A stretch of DNA of 33,945 bases from Acidimicrobiales bacterium (GCA_035948045.1 DASZJN010000259.1:1-33945); one strand, 5' to 3'; shown: positions 6,790 to 16,134, counted from the first letter of the stretch. Notes: generated by a model from the sequence alone, not told the origin. Numbers and translations: made by a program.

Positions 6790-8247
6790 GTGAGCGCTGA
6801 CGGTAACCCCCTGCCCGTCACCGTGGGCATCGACATCGGGACCACCTCGGTCAAGGCCTTGGCCGTGACGTCAGAGGGTCAGGTGGTCGGGCGGTCGCGG
6901 GTACCCCACCGGATCATCCACACGTCGGGTGACCACATGGAGCACGACGCCCTGGCCGCGTGGCGCAGGGGCCCGCGTCGCGCCCTGGCCGCCGTCAAAG
7001 CGGCCATCACGGGTTCCGGCTCCACCGCGGGGACCAGGCCGGACGGGATCCGTATCGCGGGAATCTGCGTGGCCGGCATGGTCCCTTCCCTGACCGCCGT
7101 GGATCGTCGGGGCATCCCGCGCACCCCCGGACTCCTCTACGGCGACATCCGGGGGCGCACCGGGGGGACACGGTCGGAGGACGGTCTGGCGGGGCCCATG
7201 CCCGACGCCGAGGGATTCCTGCAATGGACGGCCCAGGAGATGCCAGAAGCCTTCGGGTACTGGCCCGCCCAGGCGGTGGCGACCCACGCCCTGGCCGGCC
7301 ACGCCGTCATCGACACCGCGGTGGCGTCGACACTCGGGGACCTCCAGCGGTCCGGACGTTGGAACGACGAGATGATGACCCGTCTCGGGGTGGATCTGAG
7401 CCAGCTTCCCCGGGTGGTGCCGACCGGCCAGGCCGCCGGCACGTTGCGTCGTGCTCAGGGGTCCGTCTCGGCAACGACCGCGGGGTGGGACGACGGCGAG
7501 GCGGTGGTGGCGGGCGGCACCATCGATGCCTTCTGCGACCAGATCGTCGCCGGGGCGGACCGGGTTGGGGACGTGATCGTCATCTTCGGTGCCACCTTGA
7601 TCGTGTGGGTCGTGACCGACACCTGGGTCGAGGTCCCCGGGCTGTGGACCGTACCCCACACCGTGCCCGGCCTGGTGCTGATCGGGGGCCCGAGCAACGC
7701 CGGCGCCCTGTTCGTGGACTGGGCCCGGTCCTTGCTCCGGTTGGTGCGCACCAACCACGCCCAGGGTGATGGTCGATCGGGTGATCCGCGGCGGGTGCCG
7801 CTGTGGCTCCCCTACCTCCGTGGCGAACGGGTGCCGTTCCACGACACGACACTGCGGGCGGGGCTGTTCGATCTCGACATCACCGATGGGCCGTCGGGCG
7901 TGGCCCGCGCCGCCTACGAGGCCAGTGGCTTCGTGGTGCGCAGCATGATCGACCGCGCCGGCCTCGGGGCGCGACGGATCGTGGCCAGCGGAGGCGGCAC
8001 CCAGGTGCAGGCCTGGATGGCCGGCATGGCCGATGCCACGGGCCTGCCCGTCGACACGGTGGCAGTTCCCGAAGGTGCCGCCCTCGGTGCGGCCTTCCTG
8101 GCCCGCATGGCCGCCGGGTTGGAGCCGTCGCTGGATGGATCGATGCGATGGGCTCGGCGGGGTGGCCGGTTCGACCCCGATCGCCGGTGGCAAGAGGCGG
8201 CCGAGGGGCGCTATCAGCGGTTCACCGCCCTCGGGACGGGGCCCTAG
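6790..8247 (+). CDS. FGGY-family carbohydrate kinase (xylulokinase/glycerol-kinase-like)
   Basis: 485-aa ORF with a GTG start. The N-terminal VTVGIDIGTTSVKALAV is the actin-fold phosphate-1 motif. GGPSNAGALF and the C-terminal SGGGTQVQAWMAGMADATGLPV are typical of FGGY kinases. Confidence 0.88.
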   Translation: MSADGNPLPVTVGIDIGTTSVKALAVTSEGQVVGRSRVPHRIIHTSGDHMEHDALAAWRRGPRRALAAVKAAITGSGSTAGTRPDGIRIAGICVAGMVPSLTAVDRRGIPRTPGLLYGDIRGRTGGTRSEDGLAGPMPDAEGFLQWTAQEMPEAFGYWPAQAVATHALAGHAVIDTAVASTLGDLQRSGRWNDEMMTRLGVDLSQLPRVVPTGQAAGTLRRAQGSVSATTAGWDDGEAVVAGGTIDAFCDQIVAGADRVGDVIVIFGATLIVWVVTDTWVEVPGLWTVPHTVPGLVLIGGPSNAGALFVDWARSLLRLVRTNHAQGDGRSGDPRRVPLWLPYLRGERVPFHDTTLRAGLFDLDITDGPSGVARAAYEASGFVVRSMIDRAGLGARRIVASGGGTQVQAWMAGMADATGLPVDTVAVPEGAALGAAFLARMAAGLEPSLDGSMRWARRGGRFDPDRRWQEAAEGRYQRFTALGTGP

Positions 8248-8316
8248 CCTCCGCCGGGCCGTCCGGGCACCGCGGGGCGACCGAGTCTGGAGATCCGTGG
8301 GCCGTTGACCCCTGGG

Positions 8317-9561
8317 CTAGCCGGAGGTGGCCGGCTCGAAGGCCACCTTCACGGCCCCGCTTTCCTCCTGGGTGGAGAGGGCCCGGAGCGCGTCGTGCCA
8401 GTGATCCAGAGGGAAGCGGTGGGTGAGCATCCCGGTCAGGTCGACCCGCCCCGCCATCACCAGATCGAGATAGTGGCGCAGGGCGTGCTGGCGCACGCCC
8501 TCGACCTCCTCGACACCGAACGCGTTGGAGCCGACGATGGACAGCTCCTTGAAGTAGATGGGCGTGTACTCCCATCGCCCGGGGGTGTGCACCCCGGTCT
8601 GCACCAGCGAGCCCCGCTCGGCCAGCACCCGGACGCCGACCTCGAGCGTCTCGGGACGCGCCACCGTGTCGTACACGACGTGGATGCCCCCCGGGTGGGC
8701 CATGGGCAACCCGGCGTAGGCGGTGTGCAGCACTCCCCCCGACCATTCGGCCAGGGCCTCGATCAGCTCGAGCCTGGGCTCGTGGGCGAGCACCAGTGCG
8801 GCACCGAACTTGGCCGCCAGGTCGGCCTGGGCCGGGAACCGGGCCACCACTGCAACCTCGACCTCCGGGTAGAGGGCCGAGAGGATGGCCATGCTGGTCA
8901 CCCCGAGTGCGCCGGCGCCGTACACCAGGGCGCGACCGGCAGGAGGGGGCGGGCACCGGAGGATGGCGTGCAGGGACACGGCGAACGGATCGGCCAGCAC
9001 CGCCTCCTCGTCGGTGATCGAATCGGGGACGGGGATGAGCATCGAGTCGTGAGCAGCCATCAGATCGGCCCAGCCGCCCGGGGCGTCGGTGGCCACGCCG
9101 ACGTGGACCCCCGGGCCCAGGGCCCCGGCGGTGAAGCTCCAACACAGGTTCAGATCCCCGCGCTGGCAGGCCGGGCAGGGCGGATCCACCCCCCGGGGAC
9201 CGCACGTCAGCCAGGGGTTGAGCAGCACTCGCTGGCCGACCTCGAGGCCGGTGGCCTCCGGACCGAGCGCCACGACCTCGGCCACCACTTCGTGGCCGGG
9301 AATGTGGGGAATGGATGAGAAGGCGGCCATCGGGTTGTCGATGTCGCCCGTGTCGAAGTCGCCCAGCACCAGCTTGGTCTCCGACCCGCACACGCCGGAC
9401 AGGAGGGGCCGGGTGATCACCCAGTCGGGCCGGACCAACCTGGCGTCATCGACCTGGTGGAGGCCGAATGGCAGCGTGTCCAATCGCCGGTCCAGGTCGT
9501 CGCCCGGCCCGTCACTCGCCTCGGAGGGGTCACGGGGGCGTCCGAACACGAGGGCCTTCAT
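8317..9561 (-). CDS. zinc-dependent alcohol dehydrogenase (MDR superfamily)
   Basis: Start is ATG 9561 (MKALVFG...). Motifs present are CGSE, the GHE catalytic Zn site, a structural Zn cluster CGPRGVDPPCPACQRGDLNLC, and the Rossmann motif LVYGAGALG. Confidence 0.9.
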   Translation of the reverse strand: MKALVFGRPRDPSEASDGPGDDLDRRLDTLPFGLHQVDDARLVRPDWVITRPLLSGVCGSETKLVLGDFDTGDIDNPMAAFSSIPHIPGHEVVAEVVALGPEATGLEVGQRVLLNPWLTCGPRGVDPPCPACQRGDLNLCWSFTAGALGPGVHVGVATDAPGGWADLMAAHDSMLIPVPDSITDEEAVLADPFAVSLHAILRCPPPPAGRALVYGAGALGVTSMAILSALYPEVEVAVVARFPAQADLAAKFGAALVLAHEPRLELIEALAEWSGGVLHTAYAGLPMAHPGGIHVVYDTVARPETLEVGVRVLAERGSLVQTGVHTPGRWEYTPIYFKELSIVGSNAFGVEEVEGVRQHALRHYLDLVMAGRVDLTGMLTHRFPLDHWHDALRALSTQEESGAVKVAFEPATSG

Positions 9562-9670
9562 GAGCCCGCCCCTTCGAGCGGGCCGAACGATGCTGCCAGC
9601 CCGATGCACCCGTGCTCGTCCATGATCGACACGGTAGCCAACCTGAGGGAACCGAGCGCCCGGCCGTCGG

Positions 9671-11326
9671 TCAGCCGACCATGGCGGCGGCGGAGCGGGC
9701 GGCCAGGGCGGCCAATGTCAGCGTGGGCCCGTAGCCGGCGGAGGTCACGAAGACCGACGAGTCGGCGATGACCACATTGGGCAGCTGGTGAAGGCGCCCG
9801 CTGCTGTCGGCCACCGATGTTGCCGGGTCATCCCCCATCCGGGCCGTCCCCATCACATGGCGACTGATGGGTGCGTGCTCACTGGTCCTGTCTCCCGGGC
9901 CCCCCGGGGTACCCGGCGAAGTGACGATCGAGGTCCACTCCGCGCCCATCTCCGCCAGGATGGCCGCCAACCGGGGTCCGTGGTGGGCCGAGGCGGCGAG
10001 CTCGTGAGGGTGGGGCTTGTAGGTGTAGCGGGCCACGGGGAAGCCCCTGACGTCCCGGATGGTCGGGTCGAGGTCGATCCGGTTGGTGGGCACCGGGAGG
10101 TCCTCGCCCTGCATGGTGAAGGCCCACAGCCGGTCGCGCATGGGCGACGACCGCATGTTCTCCTTGTGGGAGCGACCCCATCGGTAGATCTTGGCCTCGA
10201 GGATCGGGAGGGCGGGACCACCGTGCTCCACCATGCCTCCCCGCATCCAGGGGAGGCCGGCTTCCTTGGCCGCAGCCCGAGCGCGGTCGTCGGAAACTAT
10301 GGCGTCGTCGTGCACCTCGGTCACCGCTCGTCCGCGCTCACCGTGCAGGCGGAGATCGGCGAACCCGCCGACCACGATGGTCTGGAAATGGGTCATGAGG
10401 TGCCGCCCGATGAGCGGATGCTCGAGCCCCGACAGCAGCAAAAGGCGCGGCGTCTCGACAGCCCCACCGGCCACCACCACGTAACGGGCATCCATGGAAT
10501 GCTCGACGCCGTCCGGACCGATGAAGTCCACTCCGGTCGCCCGTTTGCCATCGGTGCGGATCCGGGACACGAACGTCTCCGGCCGCAGTTCGGCGTTGCC
10601 GCTCAGCAGAGCCTTCTGCAACATGGCCACCGGGTCACCCTTGGCGTGGATGGGACAGCCGAAGTAGGCGCAGAACCCACAGTTGTTACACGCCGGTCGA
10701 CCATCGTACGGCTCGGAATTGGTGGCGCCGGGGGCCGGATACGGGTGGAACCCGAGGGAAACGGCTGCGGCCGACGACAGCTTCGAACCGTACATGGACG
10801 GTCCGGGCGGCATCGGGTACGGACCCGATCGCCATGCGGCGAAGGGATTGGCACCTGCCTCCCCCGACACACCGATCCGACGCTCCACGTCGGCGTAGAA
10901 CGGCTCGAGCTCGGCGTAGCCGAGGGGCCAGTCGGCGACCGAGGCACCATCTTGGGGACCGAAGGTGGACAGCAGGGAGAAGTCCTCCTCCCGGAAGCGC
11001 GGGACCTTGCCGTCGGCGTGGGTGCCGCCGCCGCCGACCGTCGTCGGGATGGAGTTGACCTCCCCCACGAAGGAGTGATCGCCCTCCTCGGGGCCGATCC
11101 GGAACGTGCGCGGCTCGAGGAAGGGGTCGGGGCCGAGGAAGTACCGGTCGATGAACTTGATCTCGTCATTGGAGTAGTCGCCGAGGAGCCGGCTCGGGTC
11201 CTCCAGGTCGATGAGGTGGTTCCGGCCCTTCTCAAAGATCACCACCGACCAGCCGGCTGCGGTCAGCACGTCGGCGGCCGTCGAGCCCCCGGGCCCGGAC
11301 CCCACGATGATGGCGTCGACGGTCAC
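9671..11326 (-). CDS. GMC-family FAD-dependent oxidoreductase (gluconate 2-dehydrogenase flavoprotein-like)
   Basis: The 850-aa ORF is trimmed to GTG 11326 (VTVDAIIVGSGPGGSTAADVL, a GxGxxG FAD fold), which overlaps the upstream gene's TGA as GTGA. The C-terminal HVMGTARMGDDPATSVADSSGRLHQLPNVVIADSSVF is GMC-typical. Confidence 0.9.
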   Translation of the reverse strand: MTVDAIIVGSGPGGSTAADVLTAAGWSVVIFEKGRNHLIDLEDPSRLLGDYSNDEIKFIDRYFLGPDPFLEPRTFRIGPEEGDHSFVGEVNSIPTTVGGGGTHADGKVPRFREEDFSLLSTFGPQDGASVADWPLGYAELEPFYADVERRIGVSGEAGANPFAAWRSGPYPMPPGPSMYGSKLSSAAAVSLGFHPYPAPGATNSEPYDGRPACNNCGFCAYFGCPIHAKGDPVAMLQKALLSGNAELRPETFVSRIRTDGKRATGVDFIGPDGVEHSMDARYVVVAGGAVETPRLLLLSGLEHPLIGRHLMTHFQTIVVGGFADLRLHGERGRAVTEVHDDAIVSDDRARAAAKEAGLPWMRGGMVEHGGPALPILEAKIYRWGRSHKENMRSSPMRDRLWAFTMQGEDLPVPTNRIDLDPTIRDVRGFPVARYTYKPHPHELAASAHHGPRLAAILAEMGAEWTSIVTSPGTPGGPGDRTSEHAPISRHVMGTARMGDDPATSVADSSGRLHQLPNVVIADSSVFVTSAGYGPTLTLAALAARSAAAMVG

Positions 11327-11883
11327 GCCTCCGAGACCTCCTGGTCCGTCCATCCCCGGGGTTGGACGTCGCCGGCGAACCCGATGTTCGACCATCCGAC
11401 GCCGTCCCGATTGCCCCCGTACTCCGGCGCGCCGTACATGCCCTCGCAGGCGTGCCCGTAGACGAGCTCGGTGAAGTCCGAGTTGGCGTGGAGCCGGCGG
11501 TCCTGTTCCTCGCCCTCGCAGTGGGCGAAATCGGGTCCGAGCATGGCGAGGCCTGAGCGGTACTGCTCCTGGAGGCCCACCACCGCTCCGTTGAATTCGC
11601 GCTCGGGCCGGCCGAGTGAGCCCTCGATCCGGGTACGCCAGGCCAGTTCGTCCAGCGCCGTCAGCGGATGGAAGGCGGCGAAGCCCGCCGTCCCGCCGAA
11701 CCGGCCCGAGGAGGGCCCGCCGGCCCAGATCCGCGGTGGATCGAACGAGAACGCCCCCAGCAGGCCGTCGATGTAGTCGGCCACTCCCGCCTCTGTCGCA
11801 CCCGGAGTGTGGTCGGCCGGGATGAGCCGCTCGCACATCGCTGTCAGTGCTCGGTACTCGTCCTTGGTCAACCAGGTGGGCAT
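11323..11883 (-). CDS. gluconate 2-dehydrogenase subunit 3-family protein (small partner of the GMC flavoprotein)
   Basis: 186-aa ORF. The N-terminus LTKDEYRALTAMCERLIPADHTPGATEAGVADYIDGLL matches the family signature. It is translationally coupled to the GMC gene. No twin-arginine signal is visible. Confidence 0.8.
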   Translation of the reverse strand: MPTWLTKDEYRALTAMCERLIPADHTPGATEAGVADYIDGLLGAFSFDPPRIWAGGPSSGRFGGTAGFAAFHPLTALDELAWRTRIEGSLGRPEREFNGAVVGLQEQYRSGLAMLGPDFAHCEGEEQDRRLHANSDFTELVYGHACEGMYGAPEYGGNRDGVGWSNIGFAGDVQPRGWTDQEVSEA

Positions 11884-11908
11884 TGCCAGGGGAAACTAAC
11901 AGAACCCG

Positions 11909-12391
11909 ATGAACGCGGTCTTGGCTAGCATCCCCCGGGTGTACGCCAACGGCCCCGCCATCCGCCTGCTGCCCCGGCTCGATCCCGACAACGAGTTCTT
12001 CTGGACCTCGGGGCGTGACGGAGTCCTCCGCTTCCTGCGGTGCCGATCGTGCCGCCAGTTCATCCATCCACCGGTTCCTCGGTGCCCCGAGTGTCTCAGC
12101 GACGACCTGGGACCGGAAGCGGTGAGTGGTCGCGCCACCGTTCACTCGTTCACCGTCAACCACCAGCAGTGGATACCGGGATCGGATCCCTACGTCATCG
12201 GGCTGGTGTCCATCGACGAGCAACCCGACGTGCGCCTCATGACCAACCTGGTCGACTGCCAGCCCGACGACTCCCTCGTCGGCAGCCCCGTCGAGGTCGT
12301 CTTCGAGCAGAGCGACGACGTGTTCCTCCCCCTGTTCCGACCGGCGTCCACCGGGCCGGAGGGCCGGCGCGGCGACGAGGGCCGGCTATGA
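11909..12391 (+). CDS. DUF35 (Zn-ribbon + OB-fold) acyl-CoA-associated protein
   Basis: FFWTSGRDGVLRFLRCRSCRQFIHPPVPRCPEC is a rubredoxin-like CxxC...CxxC, followed by the OB-fold GRATVHSFTV...PYVIGLVSIDE...VRLMTNLV. Its TGA overlaps the next gene's ATG (ATGA). GTG 11939 is an alternative start. Confidence 0.85.
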   Translation: MNAVLASIPRVYANGPAIRLLPRLDPDNEFFWTSGRDGVLRFLRCRSCRQFIHPPVPRCPECLSDDLGPEAVSGRATVHSFTVNHQQWIPGSDPYVIGLVSIDEQPDVRLMTNLVDCQPDDSLVGSPVEVVFEQSDDVFLPLFRPASTGPEGRRGDEGRL

Positions 12392-13602
12392 GCGCGGCGT
12401 CACCCGCGGAACGCCAGGCCGCCATCACCGGCATCGGTCAGTCGCAGGTCGGGCGGCGGCTCGGTCGCACCGATCTCGACCTGACCCTCGACGCCTGTCT
12501 CGATGCCATCGCGGACGCCGGTCTCACCAGGGACGACATCGACGGCTTGGCCACCTACCCGGGCGGAGGCCTGGGCGGTGGTGGATTCGCCGGCCCGGGG
12601 ACGCCCGAGGTGCAGGACGCCCTGCGCCTCAAGCTCAACTGGCACGACGGTGGCTCCGAGGGCCCGGGCCAGATGCGGGCGGTCATCGCCGCCTGCTTCG
12701 CCATCGCCGCCGGGGCCGCCCGGCATGTGCTCGTCTACCGGACCGTCACCGAGTCCACCGCCCAGGGCAAGGGCGGCCGGCAGGGGATCGGGGGCAGTGG
12801 TGGCGGGTCCGGTGGCGTCCCCCGCTTCGGCGGCTTTCTCCAGTGGTCGCTCCCCTTCGGTGCGGTGTCGGCGGTCAACTGGATCGCCCTGGTGGGCCAG
12901 CGCCGGGTCCACGAATTCGGGCTCACCCGTGAGCAACTGGCCCACGTGGCGTTGAACGGTCGGCGCAACGCCGCCCTCAACCCCAAGGCCATCTACCGGG
13001 AGCCGATGACCCTCGACGACTACCTGGCCGCACGGATGATCTCCTCGCCCCTGTGCCTGTTCGACTGCGATGCCCCCTGCGACGGATCGACGGCGTTGGT
13101 CGTCTCCCACGCGGACTCCGCCCCGGACGCACCGCATCCCGCCTGCCATGTCAACGCCGTGGGCACCGCCCTGCGGGGGCGTCCCAGTTGGGACCAGTTC
13201 GACGACATGACCTCCATGGCCGCCAGGGACGCGGCCGCCAGCATGTGGGAGCGCACTGAACTGAGCCCCGCCGATGTGGACATCGCCCAGCTCTATGACG
13301 GCTTCAGCGTGCTGCCCCTCGTCTGGTTGGAGGCGCTCGGCTTCTGCGGGCGCGGCGAGAGCGGGCCCTTCGTCGATGGCGGTTCCCGCATCGCCCTCGA
13401 CGGCGAGCTTCCGCTCAACACGGCCGGTGGTCAGCTGTCGGCGGGACGGCTGCACGGGTTCGGCCTGTTGCACGAGGCCTGCGTCCAGTTGCGGGGCGAG
13501 GGGGGTGAGCGCCAGGTCCCGGGCCGTCACGAGGTCGCGGCCGTGGCCAACGGCGGAGGACCCATCGCGGGGACCATGCTGCTCACCAGAGGGTCGGGCT
13601 GA
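12388..13602 (+). CDS. thiolase-like lipid-transfer protein (SCP-x/Ltp type) lacking the nucleophilic Cys
   Basis: ATG 12388 lies within ORF 12040..13602. Thiolase-fold motifs are AITGIGQSQVGR, LFDCDAPCDGSTALVV and LNTAGGQLSAGRLHGFG. At the Cys89-equivalent position, EGPGQMRAV aligns with LCGSGLRAV and the residue is Gly. Confidence 0.85.
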   Translation: MSAASPAERQAAITGIGQSQVGRRLGRTDLDLTLDACLDAIADAGLTRDDIDGLATYPGGGLGGGGFAGPGTPEVQDALRLKLNWHDGGSEGPGQMRAVIAACFAIAAGAARHVLVYRTVTESTAQGKGGRQGIGGSGGGSGGVPRFGGFLQWSLPFGAVSAVNWIALVGQRRVHEFGLTREQLAHVALNGRRNAALNPKAIYREPMTLDDYLAARMISSPLCLFDCDAPCDGSTALVVSHADSAPDAPHPACHVNAVGTALRGRPSWDQFDDMTSMAARDAAASMWERTELSPADVDIAQLYDGFSVLPLVWLEALGFCGRGESGPFVDGGSRIALDGELPLNTAGGQLSAGRLHGFGLLHEACVQLRGEGGERQVPGRHEVAAVANGGGPIAGTMLLTRGSG

Positions 13603-13694
13603 ACGTCCGTCGCCACCGGTCTGCGGGGTCGGACCGCCCGGTCCACTGGATGCACGAGGCCGCGGTGCGGGCTCTGTCCTCTGCGGCTCACCGA

Positions 13695-14825
13695 TCAGAA
13701 CAGGTCGGCGTAGTCGCCCTTTCGATCGGACAGCAAGGTAGCGATCCGCTCGCGGTGGAACACAGCATCACCCCAACTCGACTGGTCGAGCTGGGACCGC
13801 TTGACGAACAGGTGAAGGTCGTGCTCCCACGTGAACCCGATACCACCGTGGACCTGGAGACCCGATGCCATGACCCGACGGGCCGCATCCGAACACCACG
13901 CCTTGGCCGCTGACGCGGCCAGGGATGCCCCCGGCTCCCCGGCGGCGATGCACCAGGCGGCGTAGTAGACGCTCGACCGCATTCCCTCGACGTCAACCAG
14001 GGCGTCAGCCAATCGGTGCTTGATGGCCTGGAAGCTACCGATGGGCTTGCCGAACTGGATGCGGTCCTTGGCGTACTCGACGCTCATGTCCAGCACCCGG
14101 CCGGATGCCCCGAGCATCTCCGCGCTCAGGGCGGTGGCGGCGCGGTCGACTGTGCGACGTGCCGCCGCCGCACCTCCGATCCGACGGGCCGGGGTCTGCT
14201 CGAGCCGCAGCCACGCCAGGGGCCGGGTCCGATCCATGGCCGGCTCGGGGCTCGGGCCTTCCCCGGGAGCCAGCTTGACCTCGTAGACGGCGTCACCGGT
14301 GACCACCACGACCACATCGGCGACCGAGGCGTACAGCGTGGGCTCCGGGCGGGCGGTGAGGAGACAGGTGTCATCCGCCGCCACCGCGGTGGTGCCCCCG
14401 GGGGTGGGCGACCACGCCAGACACCCGACCGCCTTGCCGGTCACCAGCCGGTCGAGCCAGGCCGCGGCGCCGTCCCTCGTCTCGGGCGAGAGGGTGTCGT
14501 CGGCGGCGGCGGCCCGGAACGCGCTCTGGGCCAAGCTGGTCCCCGCGAACGGAGCCGGCGCCAGGCGTCGCCCGAGTTCCTCGCACAGGAGACTCACCTC
14601 GACCATCCCCAGCCCGAGCCCACCCCGGTCCTCGGTCTGTTCGAGCGCCAGCCATCCCTGCTCGGCCATGGCGTCCCACAGTCGACGGTCGAGTGCCTCG
14701 GGTACGGGGCGTGAGTCCGCCGCTCCGACGACGGTGCGCACCCGGTCGTGGGACGCGTGGCGATCCAGCACCCGGCCGGCGGCGTCGCGGAGGGCCACCT
14801 GTTCCGACGACAACTCGAAGTCCAC
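13695..14825 (-). CDS. acyl-CoA dehydrogenase family protein, beta-type subunit
   Basis: The ORF is trimmed to GTG 14825 (VDFELSSEQVALRDAAGRV...). ATG 14876 is the alternative start. It has VHGGIGFTWEHDLHLFVKR but lacks the SEPxxGSDLA and HER motifs. Confidence 0.85.
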   Translation of the reverse strand: MDFELSSEQVALRDAAGRVLDRHASHDRVRTVVGAADSRPVPEALDRRLWDAMAEQGWLALEQTEDRGGLGLGMVEVSLLCEELGRRLAPAPFAGTSLAQSAFRAAAADDTLSPETRDGAAAWLDRLVTGKAVGCLAWSPTPGGTTAVAADDTCLLTARPEPTLYASVADVVVVVTGDAVYEVKLAPGEGPSPEPAMDRTRPLAWLRLEQTPARRIGGAAAARRTVDRAATALSAEMLGASGRVLDMSVEYAKDRIQFGKPIGSFQAIKHRLADALVDVEGMRSSVYYAAWCIAAGEPGASLAASAAKAWCSDAARRVMASGLQVHGGIGFTWEHDLHLFVKRSQLDQSSWGDAVFHRERIATLLSDRKGDYADLF

Positions 14826-14922
14826 GAGCGGGCAGTCTACGGGTGCCGCAACCCCGTCACCGGGCCCGCCGACCATCCTCGACCCCGGATCCCGAGCAAA
14901 CCGGTGTGTCAAGCTGACCGGC

Positions 14923-16104
14923 ATGGACCTGCGGATGACGCCGGCACAGCGGGACCTTCGCCACCAGCTCCAGGAGTGGCTGATGGCCAACCTGCCCTGG
15001 GAGTACGGCGTCGGCATGCCACCCCGTTCCCCCGATCTCGACGAAGAGGTGGCCTTCGGTCGCCGGTGGCAGGGCTTGTTGGCCGCCGACCATTGGGTGG
15101 GGATCACGTGGCCCGTCGAGCTCGGCGGGCGTGGTCTCGGACCGACCGAGCATTTCGTGGTCACCGAGGAGCTGGCCCGGGCCCGGGCCCCTGAACTGGT
15201 GGGCCGGATCGGCATCAACCTGGTCGGCCCCACCCTGTTCACCCACGGAACCGACGAGCAGCGCCAGCGCTGGCTCCCGCCCATCCTGGGCGCCGACGCC
15301 CTGTGGTGCCAGCTGTTCTCCGAGCCCGACGCCGGCAGCGACCTGGCGTCACTGACCACCCGGGCCGAGCGGGTGGAGGGCGGCTACCGGGTCACGGGGC
15401 GAAAGGTCTGGACCTCCTATGCCCAGTTCGCCGATTGGGGCCTGTGCCTGGCGCGCAGCCACCCCGACGCTCCGAAACGGCAGCTGGGCATGACCTGCCT
15501 GGTGGTGGACATGCACGCCGACGGGGTCGAGGTCCGGCCCCTGGTGCAGATCACCGGCGAGGCCGAGTTCAACGAGGTGTTCCTCGACGGCGTCCTCGTC
15601 CCGGACGACCACGTGGTCGGTACCCCCGGCGAGGGATGGACGGTGGCGAACTCGACCCTGTCCCACGAGCGCGGGGTCAATCCGCGGCAACTCGGGATCC
15701 ACTGCCAACTCCTGTTGGGGTTGCTCGAGATGGCTCAGGACAGTGAGCGCGGGTTCTGCGACGACGGGATGCGCCAACGGTTGGCCGAGGCCTACCTCGA
15801 GGTGAAGCTGTTCCAGCTGCACAACTGGCGGACCCTCACCCGACTTGAGCGCGGAGAGCCGCCCGGGCCCGAGGGAAGCACGCTCAAGCTGTACTGGAGC
15901 GAGATGTCCAAGCGTTTACACGAGACCGTGCTGGCCGTGCTCGGGCCGAGCGCGGGCCTGTGGCAGGGCGCGGCCGACAACCCAGGGGACGGCATGTGGC
16001 AGCGATCGTGGCTCTACTACCAGGCATCGTCGATCTTCTCGGGGACGAACGAGATCCAGCGGACCCTGGTGGGCGAGCGGGTGCTCGGCCTCCCGAGAGG
16101 CTGA
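14923..16104 (+). CDS. acyl-CoA dehydrogenase, alpha-type subunit
   Basis: ATG 14923 (MDLRMTPAQRDLRHQL...). Motifs are LFSEPDAGSDLASL, GWTVANSTLSHERG and FSGTNEIQRTLVGERVLG. It is divergent from the beta-type gene, 97 bp away. Confidence 0.92.
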   Translation: MDLRMTPAQRDLRHQLQEWLMANLPWEYGVGMPPRSPDLDEEVAFGRRWQGLLAADHWVGITWPVELGGRGLGPTEHFVVTEELARARAPELVGRIGINLVGPTLFTHGTDEQRQRWLPPILGADALWCQLFSEPDAGSDLASLTTRAERVEGGYRVTGRKVWTSYAQFADWGLCLARSHPDAPKRQLGMTCLVVDMHADGVEVRPLVQITGEAEFNEVFLDGVLVPDDHVVGTPGEGWTVANSTLSHERGVNPRQLGIHCQLLLGLLEMAQDSERGFCDDGMRQRLAEAYLEVKLFQLHNWRTLTRLERGEPPGPEGSTLKLYWSEMSKRLHETVLAVLGPSAGLWQGAADNPGDGMWQRSWLYYQASSIFSGTNEIQRTLVGERVLGLPRG

Positions 16105-16134
16105 GCACCGGCGCCGGTCGGCCCGACGGCACCG

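Noticed and set aside
9564-9583. Hairpin GCCCGC-n8-GCGGGC between the GMC and ADH genes, considered as a terminator.
   Set aside because: It lies 3 nt upstream of the ADH start and ~90 nt downstream of the GMC stop. It has only a 6-bp stem and no U-tract, so it is more likely incidental GC-rich complementarity.
12765-12835. A Gly-rich DNA stretch in the Ltp-like gene, considered as a tandem repeat or assembly artefact.
   Set aside because: It is in frame, shows no exact nucleotide periodicity, and is flanked by intact thiolase-fold motifs. I treat it as a low-complexity protein insertion, noted under the Ltp finding.
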